Part shown: piece by piece, positions 39,082 to 48,797 of the stretch | Layout: each line of letters begins with the position of its first letter | Numbering within the stretch: the stretch's first letter is position 1 | Assembly (NCBI GenBank): GCA_016182185.1 | Contig: JACOXU010000001.1 | Location: forward strand, 274,915-338,914 | Direction: 5' to 3' | Source of the DNA: Candidatus Levyibacteriota bacterium | Lineage (GTDB): Bacteria; Patescibacteriota; Microgenomatia; Levybacterales; UBA12049 | Length of the DNA stretch: 64,000 nt | Notes under the pieces: model-generated | Told to the model about the DNA's origin: nothing | Database searches by the model: none | Seen by the model: the letters and a program-made list of their open reading frames with translations, nothing else | Translations under genes and position numbers: made by a program

Positions 39082-39468
39082 AATCTTCCCCGCCCATTTT
39101 TACCAAAAGACGGATTTGTGCCTATCGAGATAAGATCATGCTCTATCTTTTCTCTCATGAAACGGGTGTGTTTATTACCACAAGAAAGTTTTTGCTCAAG
39201 CTCCCCTAAAACATCATAATCTAGTGTTTCTACTCCTCTGGTACCACATCCCGGCTTAAATTCACAATTATTCCCTCTGGCAACAAGTCTAAATGCAGTC
39301 CTGCCCGCATTGCCCGGACCAAAGTTTCTTCTCCATTCTTTAAAGTTATTGAATCCTCTTCCTTCAATCTTTGACATATTTAATCGAAAATTATATCCTA
39401 TAAACCAAAAATTATCAAGTTCAATTCCTTGTATTTTGAGGTCATTTTGAGTAAAATAAGAAGGCTGC

Positions 39469-39476
<8 letters not shown>
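39078..39476 (-). CDS. Hypothetical protein (Cys-containing, possible Zn-ribbon); doubtful
   Basis: 132-aa ORF in the GC-rich island. Its start codon overlaps tRNA-Glu by 8 nt on the opposite strand. It has no recognisable motifs apart from CEFKPGC...SCGNKH. Confidence 0.25.
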
Positions 39477-39544
<68 letters not shown>

Positions 39545-39583
39545 AACAATCCTCCTCTTAATATTATTTGAAATTGAAGGTGG

Positions 39584-41278
39584 TTGTGCTATCATAATTT
39601 TATGGTCCTGCCCAATGAACAAGTAAACGATCTTTTGACCAAAGTCGGCGTTGATCAAAAAACCCTCAATGACCTTATAATCTTCACCGACAATGCCAAG
39701 ATCTCGCTTCAGGAAGCGGCAATTGAAAAAAATGTAATTACAGATGAAAAGCTGGGAATGTTGATTGCCGCTTCCCTTAAAATGCCCTTTATTTCTCTGT
39801 CAAAAGTCAGTATCCCTGAACCTGTCTTTCGTATCATCCCTGAAAGAATTGCAAGAAAATATAAGGTCCTTGCATTCGGCCGTGATGGCACCGGAATAAA
39901 ACTTGCTATGGCCAATCCCAAAGAAACCCAGCTTCAGGAAATGGTTATAAAAAAAACCGGACAAAAAATTGTTCCCTATTATGCAACTGAAAGAGACATT
40001 GAAAATTCAATGCAGCTTTATAAAAAAAACCTTCAAGAGCTATTCGATGACCTACTCCAGACCGAAGTTCCCACCAAAACTACCTCAGATGATGCCCCGA
40101 TTGTAAAAATGATCGAAATTTTAGTAACTCGCGCTTATCAAGATAAGGCATCAGATATTCATATAGAACCCCAGGAGAAAAATATTATAATCAGATTTAG
40201 AATTGACGGCATTTTGCACGATGTCTTAAGCCTTGAAAAAAGACATCATGACAGGATTGTTACTAGGATAAAAATACTTTCCAAATTAAGAACCGATGAG
40301 CACCTGAGCCCTCAGGATGGAAAAATGAGAATGCAGGTGGATGACGAAAACTTAGATATTAGAACTTCGATTATTCCAATTGCAGACGGAGAAAAAGTAG
40401 TGTTAAGACTTCTTTCCTCCCACTTTAGACAGTTCTCTTTGCAAGATCTTGGAATGAGTGATACAGATCTTAAAAAAATTAATAATGCAATCAATAAATC
40501 ATATGGAATGATTCTTTCAACCGGTCCTACAGGGTCTGGAAAAACAACTTTGATCTATTCGATACTTAAAATTTTAAACACCAGACAAAAAAACATTACT
40601 ACTATCGAAGATCCGGTTGAATACCGAATAAAAGCCGTCAACCAAATCCAGGTAAATACCAAAACAAAACTGACATTTGCTAACGGATTAAGGTCTATTT
40701 TAAGACAGGATCCAGATATTATTTTTGTGGGGGAAATACGTGACAGCGAAACAGCGGGAATTGCTGTAAATGCCGCCCTTACAGGCCATCTGGTCCTTTC
40801 AACAATTCATACCACCAATGCTGCAACTGCACTTCCCAGGCTTATTGATATGGAGATTGAACCATTTTTGGTTGCTTCAACTGTTGATATTATTGTTGCA
40901 CAGAGACTCGTGAGACGAATCTGCGAATCTTGTAAGATAAAGGCTTTGGCGAAACGAAGCGACCTTCTTAAAAATTTTCCGGAAAAAAGCATTACTAAGT
41001 ATTTCGGTTCGCAGGACAACATCAAGGTGATGCAGGGACAAGGATGTAAGATGTGTCACTACACGGGCTTTTCAGGTCGAATAGGCATTTTTGAAGTAAT
41101 AGACGTCTCAAACACGGTTAGAAAACTTATAACACAAAAGAGTGATTCAGATGTGATAAATAAAGCGGCTATTGAAGAAGGTATGACAACTATGCTTGAG
41201 GACGGACTCGAAAAAGTAGCAAAAGGAGTAACAACAATAAGTGAAGTACTAAGGGTTACCAAAGTAGAATCTGCATGA
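39584..41278 (+). CDS. pilB: Type IV pilus assembly ATPase PilB (GspE family)
   Basis: N-terminal GSPII_E-like domain, Walker A GPTGSGKTT, the tetracysteine motif CESCK...CKMCHYTG, and Asp/His boxes. The start may be the ATG at 39603. Confidence 0.85.
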   Translation: MCYHNFMVLPNEQVNDLLTKVGVDQKTLNDLIIFTDNAKISLQEAAIEKNVITDEKLGMLIAASLKMPFISLSKVSIPEPVFRIIPERIARKYKVLAFGRDGTGIKLAMANPKETQLQEMVIKKTGQKIVPYYATERDIENSMQLYKKNLQELFDDLLQTEVPTKTTSDDAPIVKMIEILVTRAYQDKASDIHIEPQEKNIIIRFRIDGILHDVLSLEKRHHDRIVTRIKILSKLRTDEHLSPQDGKMRMQVDDENLDIRTSIIPIADGEKVVLRLLSSHFRQFSLQDLGMSDTDLKKINNAINKSYGMILSTGPTGSGKTTLIYSILKILNTRQKNITTIEDPVEYRIKAVNQIQVNTKTKLTFANGLRSILRQDPDIIFVGEIRDSETAGIAVNAALTGHLVLSTIHTTNAATALPRLIDMEIEPFLVASTVDIIVAQRLVRRICESCKIKALAKRSDLLKNFPEKSITKYFGSQDNIKVMQGQGCKMCHYTGFSGRIGIFEVIDVSNTVRKLITQKSDSDVINKAAIEEGMTTMLEDGLEKVAKGVTTISEVLRVTKVESA

Positions 41279-42321
41279 GTAGTCTAACGCTTTCCGGAAA
41301 TGATAAATTAGGCCTTATCAGTAACCTTGCTACGATGATCGCAGCAGGTATTCCCATACTTGAAACTATTGATTCATTACTCGAAGACGCAAAAGGAAAT
41401 ACAAAAAAAATCCTTGAAAAAGTTCGAGAGGACCTGACTCAAGGAAGATATTTGTATAGTTCATTTGCAAACTTTCCGAATGTTTTTGATAAGGTAAGTG
41501 TAAATATAATTAAGGCAGCTGAGGAGGCAGGAACTTTGGACGTAACTCTTAAAGACTTGAAGGAGCTTATCAAAAAAGAACTTGAGTTTGCCGATGAAAT
41601 AAAAGGCGCCCTTTCCTATCCTGTTTTGATTATTATTGTATTTGTAATAATTCTATTTCTTATACTCGTTGTAGTTATCCCTAAGATTTCTGTGGTATTT
41701 CTGCAGCTTGGAGTTTCTCTTCCTCTTCCGACAAAAGTTCTGATTTATTTGTCTAATCTGTTAACCAAAAATACACTCCCCGTCATGGGGATAATTATAC
41801 TTTTTCTCGCCGGGTTGTTTTTCATTTATAAATTTAAAAAGGAATGGTTTCATTCGATCCTATACTCATTGCCTATTGTCTCTGGACTTATTAACTATAT
41901 TGATCTTATACGCTTCTCAAGAAGTATGAATTTACTGCTTTCTTCAGGAATCACCATTACAACAGCACTTGAATTTGCAGAAGATGTTGTAGTAAAGAAA
42001 GATATGGTCAAAGCAATTCATGCAACTAGAAAATCTATACTTGTAGGAAAAGATCTTTCAGATGGATTCAAAGAAAATAAAAAAATTTTTCCAAGTATTA
42101 TGATAAAAATTATTGAAGCAGGCGAAAAAACAGGAACTCTTGAAACATCCATGCAGGACATTTCAGACTATCTTAATTATCAAATAACCAACAAGCTTAA
42201 AACTCTTACAACTCTTCTTGAACCAATAATGCTTATCGTTATTGGCGTGATGGTTGGAGGAATGATGTTGTCAATTTTCGGTCCGATGTATGGATTAATA
42301 ACCAACATTGGCGGCCGATAA
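41275..42321 (+). CDS. pilC: Type IV pilus platform protein PilC (GspF family)
   Basis: 348 aa with three TM segments and a T2SS-F-like cytoplasmic domain. It overlaps pilB by 4 nt. Confidence 0.7.
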   Translation: MSSLTLSGNDKLGLISNLATMIAAGIPILETIDSLLEDAKGNTKKILEKVREDLTQGRYLYSSFANFPNVFDKVSVNIIKAAEEAGTLDVTLKDLKELIKKELEFADEIKGALSYPVLIIIVFVIILFLILVVVIPKISVVFLQLGVSLPLPTKVLIYLSNLLTKNTLPVMGIIILFLAGLFFIYKFKKEWFHSILYSLPIVSGLINYIDLIRFSRSMNLLLSSGITITTALEFAEDVVVKKDMVKAIHATRKSILVGKDLSDGFKENKKIFPSIMIKIIEAGEKTGTLETSMQDISDYLNYQITNKLKTLTTLLEPIMLIVIGVMVGGMMLSIFGPMYGLITNIGGR

Positions 42322-42323
42322 CT

Positions 42324-42812
42324 ATGGTATCTTCAAAGCAAAAGGGATTTACCTTATTAGAAATTCTAATCAGTCTAACAATATTTGCTACTCTATTAGG
42401 CTTTGCTACGGTAAGCTTCTTAAACACTCGACAGACGAGTTCAATTAACAGTTCTTTAGAAAAGATAGTCTCAGACATAAAGAGCCAGCAGCTTAAAGCA
42501 ATGGCAGGCTCATCCGATGGGGGTGAAAGCGGTTCAAGTTACGGAATCTATTTTGCGGTAAGTAGCTACACTCTTTTTCGGGGAAGTTCATACAATCCTT
42601 CAGATTCAACAAATTTAACTATTGACTTAAATGAAAATATCAATATGACCAGCATTCTACTGCCTAGCAATTCGGTTGTCTTCTCCCAGCAAAGCGGAGA
42701 GATCTTAGGTTTTGACAGTAATAATAATTCCATAACTCTTAAAAATATTTCAGCAAATGAACAAAAAACCATTACCATCAATCGATATGGTGCAACTTCA
42801 TTATCGCCTTAA
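42324..42812 (+). CDS. Type IV pilin / pseudopilin (prepilin-type N-terminal cleavage/methylation domain)
   Basis: MVSSKQKG|FTLLEILISLTIFATLLG, a class III signal with F at +1 and E at +5. Confidence 0.8.
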   Translation: MVSSKQKGFTLLEILISLTIFATLLGFATVSFLNTRQTSSINSSLEKIVSDIKSQQLKAMAGSSDGGESGSSYGIYFAVSSYTLFRGSSYNPSDSTNLTIDLNENINMTSILLPSNSVVFSQQSGEILGFDSNNNSITLKNISANEQKTITINRYGATSLSP

Positions 42813-42816
42813 TTTA

Positions 42817-44745
42817 ATGAAAAATCGATTTTTTGAAAAGGGTCAATTTATAATAGAACTTCTTATAACCATAGGTCTTACTTCAATGATTCTTCCTGCC
42901 ATTCTCACGGGTTTTTTTGCTGTAAGATCAGGAAGCATCAATCAGGATCAAAAAATTCAAGCGATATCTTACCTTAAAGAGGCGGCAGAAGCTGTTCGAA
43001 TTGTACGTGATGCAGATTGGGCTCAAATTGCGACAAACGGAACCTTTCATCCAGTAGTGTCTGGTTCATCCTGGTCACTTGTATCCGGGAGTGAAACACT
43101 AAGTCCTTATAACCTTACTCGGCAAATTGTAATTAGTGATACCTATCGGGATTCAAACGGTGCTATAGTCACAAGTGGAGGAACCCAAGATCCCTCGACT
43201 AAGAAAATTACTATTACTGTTTCGTGGAATAATCCTCTTCTTTCATCCGTTGAATCTATAATGTATTTAACTCGTTATCATGAAAATGCTTCATTTATTC
43301 AATCATCGGAAACTGATTTTAATTCGGGAACTTTATCAAGCACTGTAGTAACAAATACAGATGGCGGGGAGATTACTTTGGGGGCTGGGGGAAGCGGGAG
43401 TTGGTGCAGTCCGAATTTATCAATAACTGCTCTTGATCTTCCCAAAAATGGAGTTGCAAATGCAGTATCGGCCATCGAGGGCGGTGCTTTTACGGGAACC
43501 GGAGAAAATGCATCCGGGGTTTCATTTGCAAATGTATCAATAAGTAATACCAATCCTCCAGTAGCAAGTATTTTAGGAACTTTTGACGGATACAAAACTA
43601 ATGGGGTTTTTGGCGAAACAAACTATGCATATCTTGCTACTGATACCGGATCAAAAGAAATCGTAATCATCGACCTGACTCAATTAACAAACGGGAAATA
43701 TGCAGAAGCCGGATATTTTAATGCTCCGGGAAACGGCAGGGGAGAAAGTATTTTTGTCTCAGACAATATAGGCTACATGAATGACGGAAATAAATTATAC
43801 ACATTTGATCTCTCAAGTAAGTCCGGTTCAAGACCACAGTTGGGAAACGTTACGCTCGCCGCAACCGGAAGCAAGGTTGTTGTTATGGGAAATTATGCGT
43901 ATGTTGCTATCGCCGGTGCCGCACAAGAGCTTCAAATTATCCAAGTCAGCAATGGAGGACGAACTTTATCTATAGTTGGATCGGCAGATGTAAACGGTCA
44001 GGCCGCATTTGATGTCTTTGTTAATTCAACTGCTACCCGAGCTTATCTTGCAACAGGAGCCTCCTCATCCCAAAGAGAATTATTCATTGTGGATATCTCA
44101 ACCAAGACTGGAAGTAGACCAAGTATAGGAAACTACGATTCGAATGGCATGAATCCAAGAGGAATTACTGTTGTTCCCGGCAACAAAGCAATTCTAGCTG
44201 GGAGCGGGGGTCAGGAGTATCAAGTTATAGATATAACCAATGAAGCAAATCCCGTAGAATGCGGAGGTCTTCAGATCGACACGGGAGTACGGGGAGTCTC
44301 AGGAGTCACCGAACAAGACGGTGATGCCTATGCATATATAGTTACTGGAGATGCGACCACAGAATTTAAGATAATTGAAGGCGGACCGGGCGGACAATAT
44401 TCAAGTTCTGGAACATTCACCTCAGCTGCCTTTGATGCAGGTTCAACTGTAACCTACAATCGATTTATTCCGACATTTTCACAACCCAGTCAGACAAACA
44501 TTCAGTTTCAAGTTGCAGTGGCCGATGCCGTAAACGGATCATGCACCGATTCAACCTATTATTTTGTCGGACCGGATGGAGCCTCCAACACTTATTTTTC
44601 CCAAGAAGGTCCAATTCCGCTTCTTACCAACGAGCAGGGTTACAAAAATCCAGGAAGATGCATAAAATATAAAGCGTATTTGTCAACTACTGATTTAAGC
44701 CAGGCGCCCATCCTATACGATGTAAGCTTTAACTATTCACCATGA
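42817..44745 (+). CDS. Large pilin-like protein with LVIVD-like beta-propeller repeats (candidate tip adhesin); ORF-track start 42757 is probably too early
   Basis: From the ATG at 42817, MKNRFFEKG|QFIIELLITIGL is a prepilin signal. The body carries repeated motifs AYLATDTGSKEIVIIDL, AYVAIAGAAQELQIIQV, AYLATGASSSQRELFIVDIS and AYIVTGDATTEFKIIEG, which are LVIVD-repeat-like. Confidence 0.6.
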   Translation: MKNRFFEKGQFIIELLITIGLTSMILPAILTGFFAVRSGSINQDQKIQAISYLKEAAEAVRIVRDADWAQIATNGTFHPVVSGSSWSLVSGSETLSPYNLTRQIVISDTYRDSNGAIVTSGGTQDPSTKKITITVSWNNPLLSSVESIMYLTRYHENASFIQSSETDFNSGTLSSTVVTNTDGGEITLGAGGSGSWCSPNLSITALDLPKNGVANAVSAIEGGAFTGTGENASGVSFANVSISNTNPPVASILGTFDGYKTNGVFGETNYAYLATDTGSKEIVIIDLTQLTNGKYAEAGYFNAPGNGRGESIFVSDNIGYMNDGNKLYTFDLSSKSGSRPQLGNVTLAATGSKVVVMGNYAYVAIAGAAQELQIIQVSNGGRTLSIVGSADVNGQAAFDVFVNSTATRAYLATGASSSQRELFIVDISTKTGSRPSIGNYDSNGMNPRGITVVPGNKAILAGSGGQEYQVIDITNEANPVECGGLQIDTGVRGVSGVTEQDGDAYAYIVTGDATTEFKIIEGGPGGQYSSSGTFTSAAFDAGSTVTYNRFIPTFSQPSQTNIQFQVAVADAVNGSCTDSTYYFVGPDGASNTYFSQEGPIPLLTNEQGYKNPGRCIKYKAYLSTTDLSQAPILYDVSFNYSP

Positions 44746-45239
44746 TAAAAAACAAAATAAAACAAAAGGGATCGTCATTTATAGAAATCATTTTATATAT
44801 GGCTATTTTTTCAATGCTTTTGGTAATTCTGCTTCAGATGTTTACTTCAATTATTGACATCCAGCTTGAATCCCAAACTAGATCAAGTGTGCTTCAGGAT
44901 GAAAGATTTATCCTTCAGAGATTAACTTTTGATATAAGGCGTGCCCAGAGCATAAATATTCCCGCAGCACCCGGAGAGCAAGGATCCACACTGCAGCTTG
45001 TTATTGATGGAATAAACTATACTTATAGTTTGGATGGAAATGATTTGACTCTTAATAATAATTTGGGTACTGATTCTATAAATAGTTCCGAAACAGCAGT
45101 TTCAAGCATCAATTTCACAAGACTCGGAGAAGCAAGCGGCAAAAACAGTCTTCAGGCCTTATTCACTCTGACGAGTAATGCAAAGAGAAGATCAGGGCCG
45201 GAGCAGGAAGTGTTCAGCGCAACGATTGGAACAAGATGA
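44742..45239 (+). CDS. Type IV pilin-like protein
   Basis: MIKNKIKQKG|SSFIEIILYMAIFSMLL with E at +5. Overlaps its neighbour by 4 nt. Confidence 0.65.
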   Translation: MIKNKIKQKGSSFIEIILYMAIFSMLLVILLQMFTSIIDIQLESQTRSSVLQDERFILQRLTFDIRRAQSINIPAAPGEQGSTLQLVIDGINYTYSLDGNDLTLNNNLGTDSINSSETAVSSINFTRLGEASGKNSLQALFTLTSNAKRRSGPEQEVFSATIGTR

Positions 45240-45619
45240 AAAAGAGAATTCAAGAACGCGGACAAGCATTGATAACATTTCTGTATATTATGATTATTGG
45301 CATGACCATCTCTTCGGCCTCGGCGGTAATTATGTTGATAAATTTAATGGGAGGGGGAACAATGGAAAGAGGGGAAATTACTTATTATATTGCAGAATCA
45401 GGAATTGAAAATGCAATTCTTAAGCTCTTACGCGATCCTGATTATTCGGGTGAAACTTTGAGTGTGGGTGGAGGAAACGTAACTACGGAAATAACGAGCC
45501 AAAACCCCCTAACAATTGTTGCCACCGGAAGATATAATAATATAGTACGCAAGATTGAAGTACAGACGTTGTATAATAATAATGTATTAACAATTTCATC
45601 ATGGAGGGAAATTAATTAA
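45236..45619 (+). CDS. Minor pilin-like protein (PilX/ComGF-like N-terminus without E at +5)
   Basis: MKKRIQERG|QALITFLYIMIIGMTISSASAVIML. Overlaps its neighbour by 4 nt. Confidence 0.5.
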   Translation: MKKRIQERGQALITFLYIMIIGMTISSASAVIMLINLMGGGTMERGEITYYIAESGIENAILKLLRDPDYSGETLSVGGGNVTTEITSQNPLTIVATGRYNNIVRKIEVQTLYNNNVLTISSWREIN

Positions 45620-46282
45620 ATGGATTTTTCCGCAAAACAATCAGGAATTTTTTATATTGAAAGGGTAAGAGCCTTCTATTATGACAACAGTCTTTCATCT
45701 CCTCTTAAAATAGAATTTCCCGAAGATGTATTTATCCATTCTGAAGTTATAGACAGAAAAAAATTTTATGTCTTGATTCATGATTTTCTTGTAAAAAACA
45801 AGATAAATTATCATAAGGTTATCTATATAATCCTTTCGCCTCAAATTACTTTCGAAAAAGATTTCGATAAGAAAACCGTTATTTCGGAAGCTGAATTTGC
45901 GGAATTACAAGATATGATTCCGTTTGAGGAAGTAATTAATAAAGAATATCGTCTAGGTAATAAGATAAAAATTGTAAACGCCAATAAACATTTGTGTAAT
46001 GTATTATTTGGTATTTTTGAAGAGGGTAAATTTCTGGTGGGGGGAATTACTCCCCTTTCTATTTTGAAAGAGTTAGTTTCAGGGCTTGACAAAAATCTTA
46101 ATTTAGATCTTCTTATCGGTAAAACTGAACTTTTAAGATCCTACAGTTTATTTGATGTAGAAGATCCAAGTGCTGCAAATCAATCCAGGAAAAAGAACGC
46201 TTTAAATATCCGCTATATAATTTTACTGGGAATTCTTGGCTCCTTAATAATTCTTCTGACCGCGCTTCTACTTCTTCGATAA
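45620..46282 (+). CDS. Pilus-operon-associated hypothetical protein with C-terminal TM anchor
   Basis: 220 aa, immediately following the pilin genes, with C-terminal TM IILLGILGSLIILLTALLLL. Confidence 0.4.
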   Translation: MDFSAKQSGIFYIERVRAFYYDNSLSSPLKIEFPEDVFIHSEVIDRKKFYVLIHDFLVKNKINYHKVIYIILSPQITFEKDFDKKTVISEAEFAELQDMIPFEEVINKEYRLGNKIKIVNANKHLCNVLFGIFEEGKFLVGGITPLSILKELVSGLDKNLNLDLLIGKTELLRSYSLFDVEDPSAANQSRKKNALNIRYIILLGILGSLIILLTALLLLR

Positions 46283-46311
46283 TAGCTGGTTAAGAGGGTC
46301 AAAATAGGATT

Positions 46312-48690
46312 TTAGTCAACTTGATATGGGGAGGGGGCGTGAAGAACAGGACGCGGAGGAGTTTGGGCCTCATGTTCTTTTACGCGTTGCAATTGTTTTA
46401 CTAAGGCAATATTTAATACCTCATCCATATGATTTACAAAAACAAATTTCAAATCCTTCAATACTTCTTTAGGCACATCCTCAAGGTCTTTCTTGTTGTC
46501 TTTTGGCAGAACCACAGTCTTAAGCCCTGCACGGTGAGCCGCAATTACCTTTTCCTTTACTCCGCCAATTTCAAGCACTCTTCCTCTTAGAGTCACTTCT
46601 CCAGTCATCCCAACTTTTCTATTCACGGGGATTCTGGTCAGGGCCGACACGATTGCAGTTGTTATGGCAATTCCCGCAGACGGTCCGTCCTTGGGAACTG
46701 CTCCTTCTGGAACGTGCACATGGACATCAATTTTCTGATAAAACTTTTCAGGAAGACCTAATAGTCTTGCTCTTGCTCTTATGTAAGACATGGCTGCCTG
46801 ACAAGATTCTTTCATAACTTCACCAAGTTGTCCGGTGAGAATTAAATTCCCCTTCCCCGGCATGAGCGCCACTTCTATAAACAGTATGTCTCCTCCTGCC
46901 TCAGTCCAGGCAAGCCCAGTAGACATTCCTATCTCATCCTTTTTCTCAAGAATATTTGACCTTATCTTAATCGGTCCCAAGAATTTTGGTACATTTTTTT
47001 CAGTTACGATAACTTTTTTTTCTTTTCCTTCTGCAATCATTTTGGCAATCTTACGGAATATCTTTGCGATCTGTCGTTCAAGACTTCTTACCCCTGCTTC
47101 TCTTGTATAGTGCTGAATTATAAATCTTATTGCCTCATCTTTTATTTCAGATGTCTTTTCCGATAACCCGTGGCTTTCCATTTGCTTCTTCATCAAGAAA
47201 TTCTTGGCAATTTTAAATTTCTCAAATTGTGTATATCCGGCAAAGTGAATTATCTCAAGTCTATCTCGAAGTGCAGGAGGAATAGTATCAAGCACATTTG
47301 CAGTCGTGACAAACATAACGTCAGAAAGATCAAAGGGAACTTCAAGGTAATGATCCGAAAATTGATTATTTTGCTCAGGATCCAATGCCTCAAGAAGAGC
47401 AGACGATGGATCGCCTCTAAAATCTGTCCCGACCTTGTCTATCTCGTCCAGCATAAACACCGGGTTTTTCGTGCCTGAATCTTTTATGCCTTGGATTATT
47501 CTTCCAGGCAGTGCGCCGACATAAGTTCTCCTGTGTCCTCTTATTTCTGCCTCATCACGAATTCCGCCAAGTGAAACCCGGATAAACTTTCTGCTAAGAG
47601 ATCTTGCGATTGATTTTCCGATCGATGTTTTTCCTACTCCGGGCGGTCCGACAAAACAAAGAATAGGACCCTTCATTTTTCCTGCTAATTTGTGGACTGC
47701 CAAATATTCAACGATTCTTTCTTTTACCTTCTCAAGTCCATAGTGGTCTTCATCAAGAATCTTCTCAGCAGACTTAATATCAATATTGCTCTTACTTTCA
47801 AGACTCCAAGGAAGACTTATCAGCCAATCCAAATAATTCCTGATATAACCTGCCTCAGGATTAAATTGATTCATCTGTCTTAATTTTCTTAATTCTTTTC
47901 TGGCTTTTTCTTCCACGTCTTCGGGCATTCCTGCCTTTTTGATTTTTTCAGAAAGCTCTCTTATTTCACTGTCTTCATCGCTTTGACCAAGCTCTTTTTC
48001 GATGGTTTTGAGCCTTTCTCTAAGAAGCGCCTCTCTTGCACCTTTTTCAAATCTTTCTTGAGTTTTTGAAGAAAGTTTCCTTTCAATCTCCAAAATTTTT
48101 ATTTCCTTGGTAAGAAAATCAGAAACTTTTCCAAGTCTTATCTTTGCACGTGTCTCTTCAAGCATTTCCTGCTTATCTTGAGGCTTAATATCCAAAACTG
48201 AGGCAATAAGATCTGACAATTCAGAAGGGGAGTTGTCTGACATTATATTCATAAAGGTTAGAAAATCTACAGACTTTCCCAAATTTATGGCTTTTCTGAA
48301 TTGATTTGTTACGTGATTACAGAGCGCTTTAACTTCGGCAGAATCGTCAGTTATCTCAGGCATTTCTACAACTTTGGCTACCAGAAATTGATCGTGCTCC
48401 TCATAGGAAATAATCTTGACTCTTGATATTCCCTTAACTTGAGCATTTATCTCTCCATCTGTCCTTATCATTCTCTCAATTCGGGAAAGTGTACCAATAT
48501 CGTATAAGTCTTCGGAAGTAGGTTCATTTAACTTTGAGTTTCTTTGAAGAACAAAACAAACGATTCTTTCATGCTGAAATGAACTCTCTAGCGCGGCCAG
48601 GCTTTTGGGTCTCCCAAACGTAAGAACAGAATCTATATTGGGGAAAATTATTCCGTCTCTGATCGGTATAACTGGTACAAGTTTTTCCAT
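46312..48690 (-). CDS. lon: ATP-dependent Lon protease (LonA)
   Basis: N-terminal LON substrate-binding domain, AAA+ Walker [10 protein letters not shown], and the Ser-Lys dyad region [10 protein letters not shown]...K. 792 aa. Confidence 0.9.
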   Translation of the reverse strand: MEKLVPVIPIRDGIIFPNIDSVLTFGRPKSLAALESSFQHERIVCFVLQRNSKLNEPTSEDLYDIGTLSRIERMIRTDGEINAQVKGISRVKIISYEEHDQFLVAKVVEMPEITDDSAEVKALCNHVTNQFRKAINLGKSVDFLTFMNIMSDNSPSELSDLIASVLDIKPQDKQEMLEETRAKIRLGKVSDFLTKEIKILEIERKLSSKTQERFEKGAREALLRERLKTIEKELGQSDEDSEIRELSEKIKKAGMPEDVEEKARKELRKLRQMNQFNPEAGYIRNYLDWLISLPWSLESKSNIDIKSAEKILDEDHYGLEKVKERIVEYLAVHKLAGKMKGPILCFVGPPGVGKTSIGKSIARSLSRKFIRVSLGGIRDEAEIRGHRRTYVGALPGRIIQGIKDSGTKNPVFMLDEIDKVGTDFRGDPSSALLEALDPEQNNQFSDHYLEVPFDLSDVMFVTTANVLDTIPPALRDRLEIIHFAGYTQFEKFKIAKNFLMKKQMESHGLSEKTSEIKDEAIRFIIQHYTREAGVRSLERQIAKIFRKIAKMIAEGKEKKVIVTEKNVPKFLGPIKIRSNILEKKDEIGMSTGLAWTEAGGDILFIEVALMPGKGNLILTGQLGEVMKESCQAAMSYIRARARLLGLPEKFYQKIDVHVHVPEGAVPKDGPSAGIAITTAIVSALTRIPVNRKVGMTGEVTLRGRVLEIGGVKEKVIAAHRAGLKTVVLPKDNKKDLEDVPKEVLKDLKFVFVNHMDEVLNIALVKQLQRVKEHEAQTPPRPVLHAPSPYQVD

Positions 48691-48706
48691 ATTTCCTAGC
48701 GCAACA

Positions 48707-48733
48707 TTAGCACTCTATCAAAATATCTGCTAA
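48707..48733 (-). promoter_or_regulatory. CIRCE-like inverted repeat (candidate HrcA operator) in the lon 5' region
   Basis: TTAGCACTC-N9-ATCTGCTAA against consensus TTAGCACTC-N9-GAGTGCTAA: the left half is perfect and the right half matches 6 of 9. It overlaps the minus-strand promoter TTGACA(48735-48740)-17-TAGAGT(48712-48717). AGGAAAT lies 2 nt upstream of the lon ATG. Confidence 0.5.
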
Positions 48734-48758
48734 TTGTCAAGACCCTGTAGTTTTGGGG

Positions 48759-48788
48759 TTGACAGCCTCATCTTAAGGCGCCTACAAT
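48759..48788 (+). promoter_or_regulatory. Sigma70-like promoter TTGACA-18-TACAAT for the MgtE-N/CBS and NRAMP genes
   Basis: TTGACA at 48759-48764 and TACAAT at 48783-48788. The ATG at 48798 is only 9 nt downstream with no SD, indicating a leaderless or near-leaderless transcript. Confidence 0.5.
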
Positions 48789-48797
48789 TAAAATAAC

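Noticed and set aside
39709-41262. Small minus-strand ORFs (39709, 40312, 40807, 40877, 41059) inside pilB
   Set aside because: They are antisense to a strongly supported PilB ATPase gene and have no motifs.
46835-47883. Plus-strand ORFs inside lon (46835, 47170, 47692)
   Set aside because: They are antisense to Lon, which has complete AAA+ and protease motifs.
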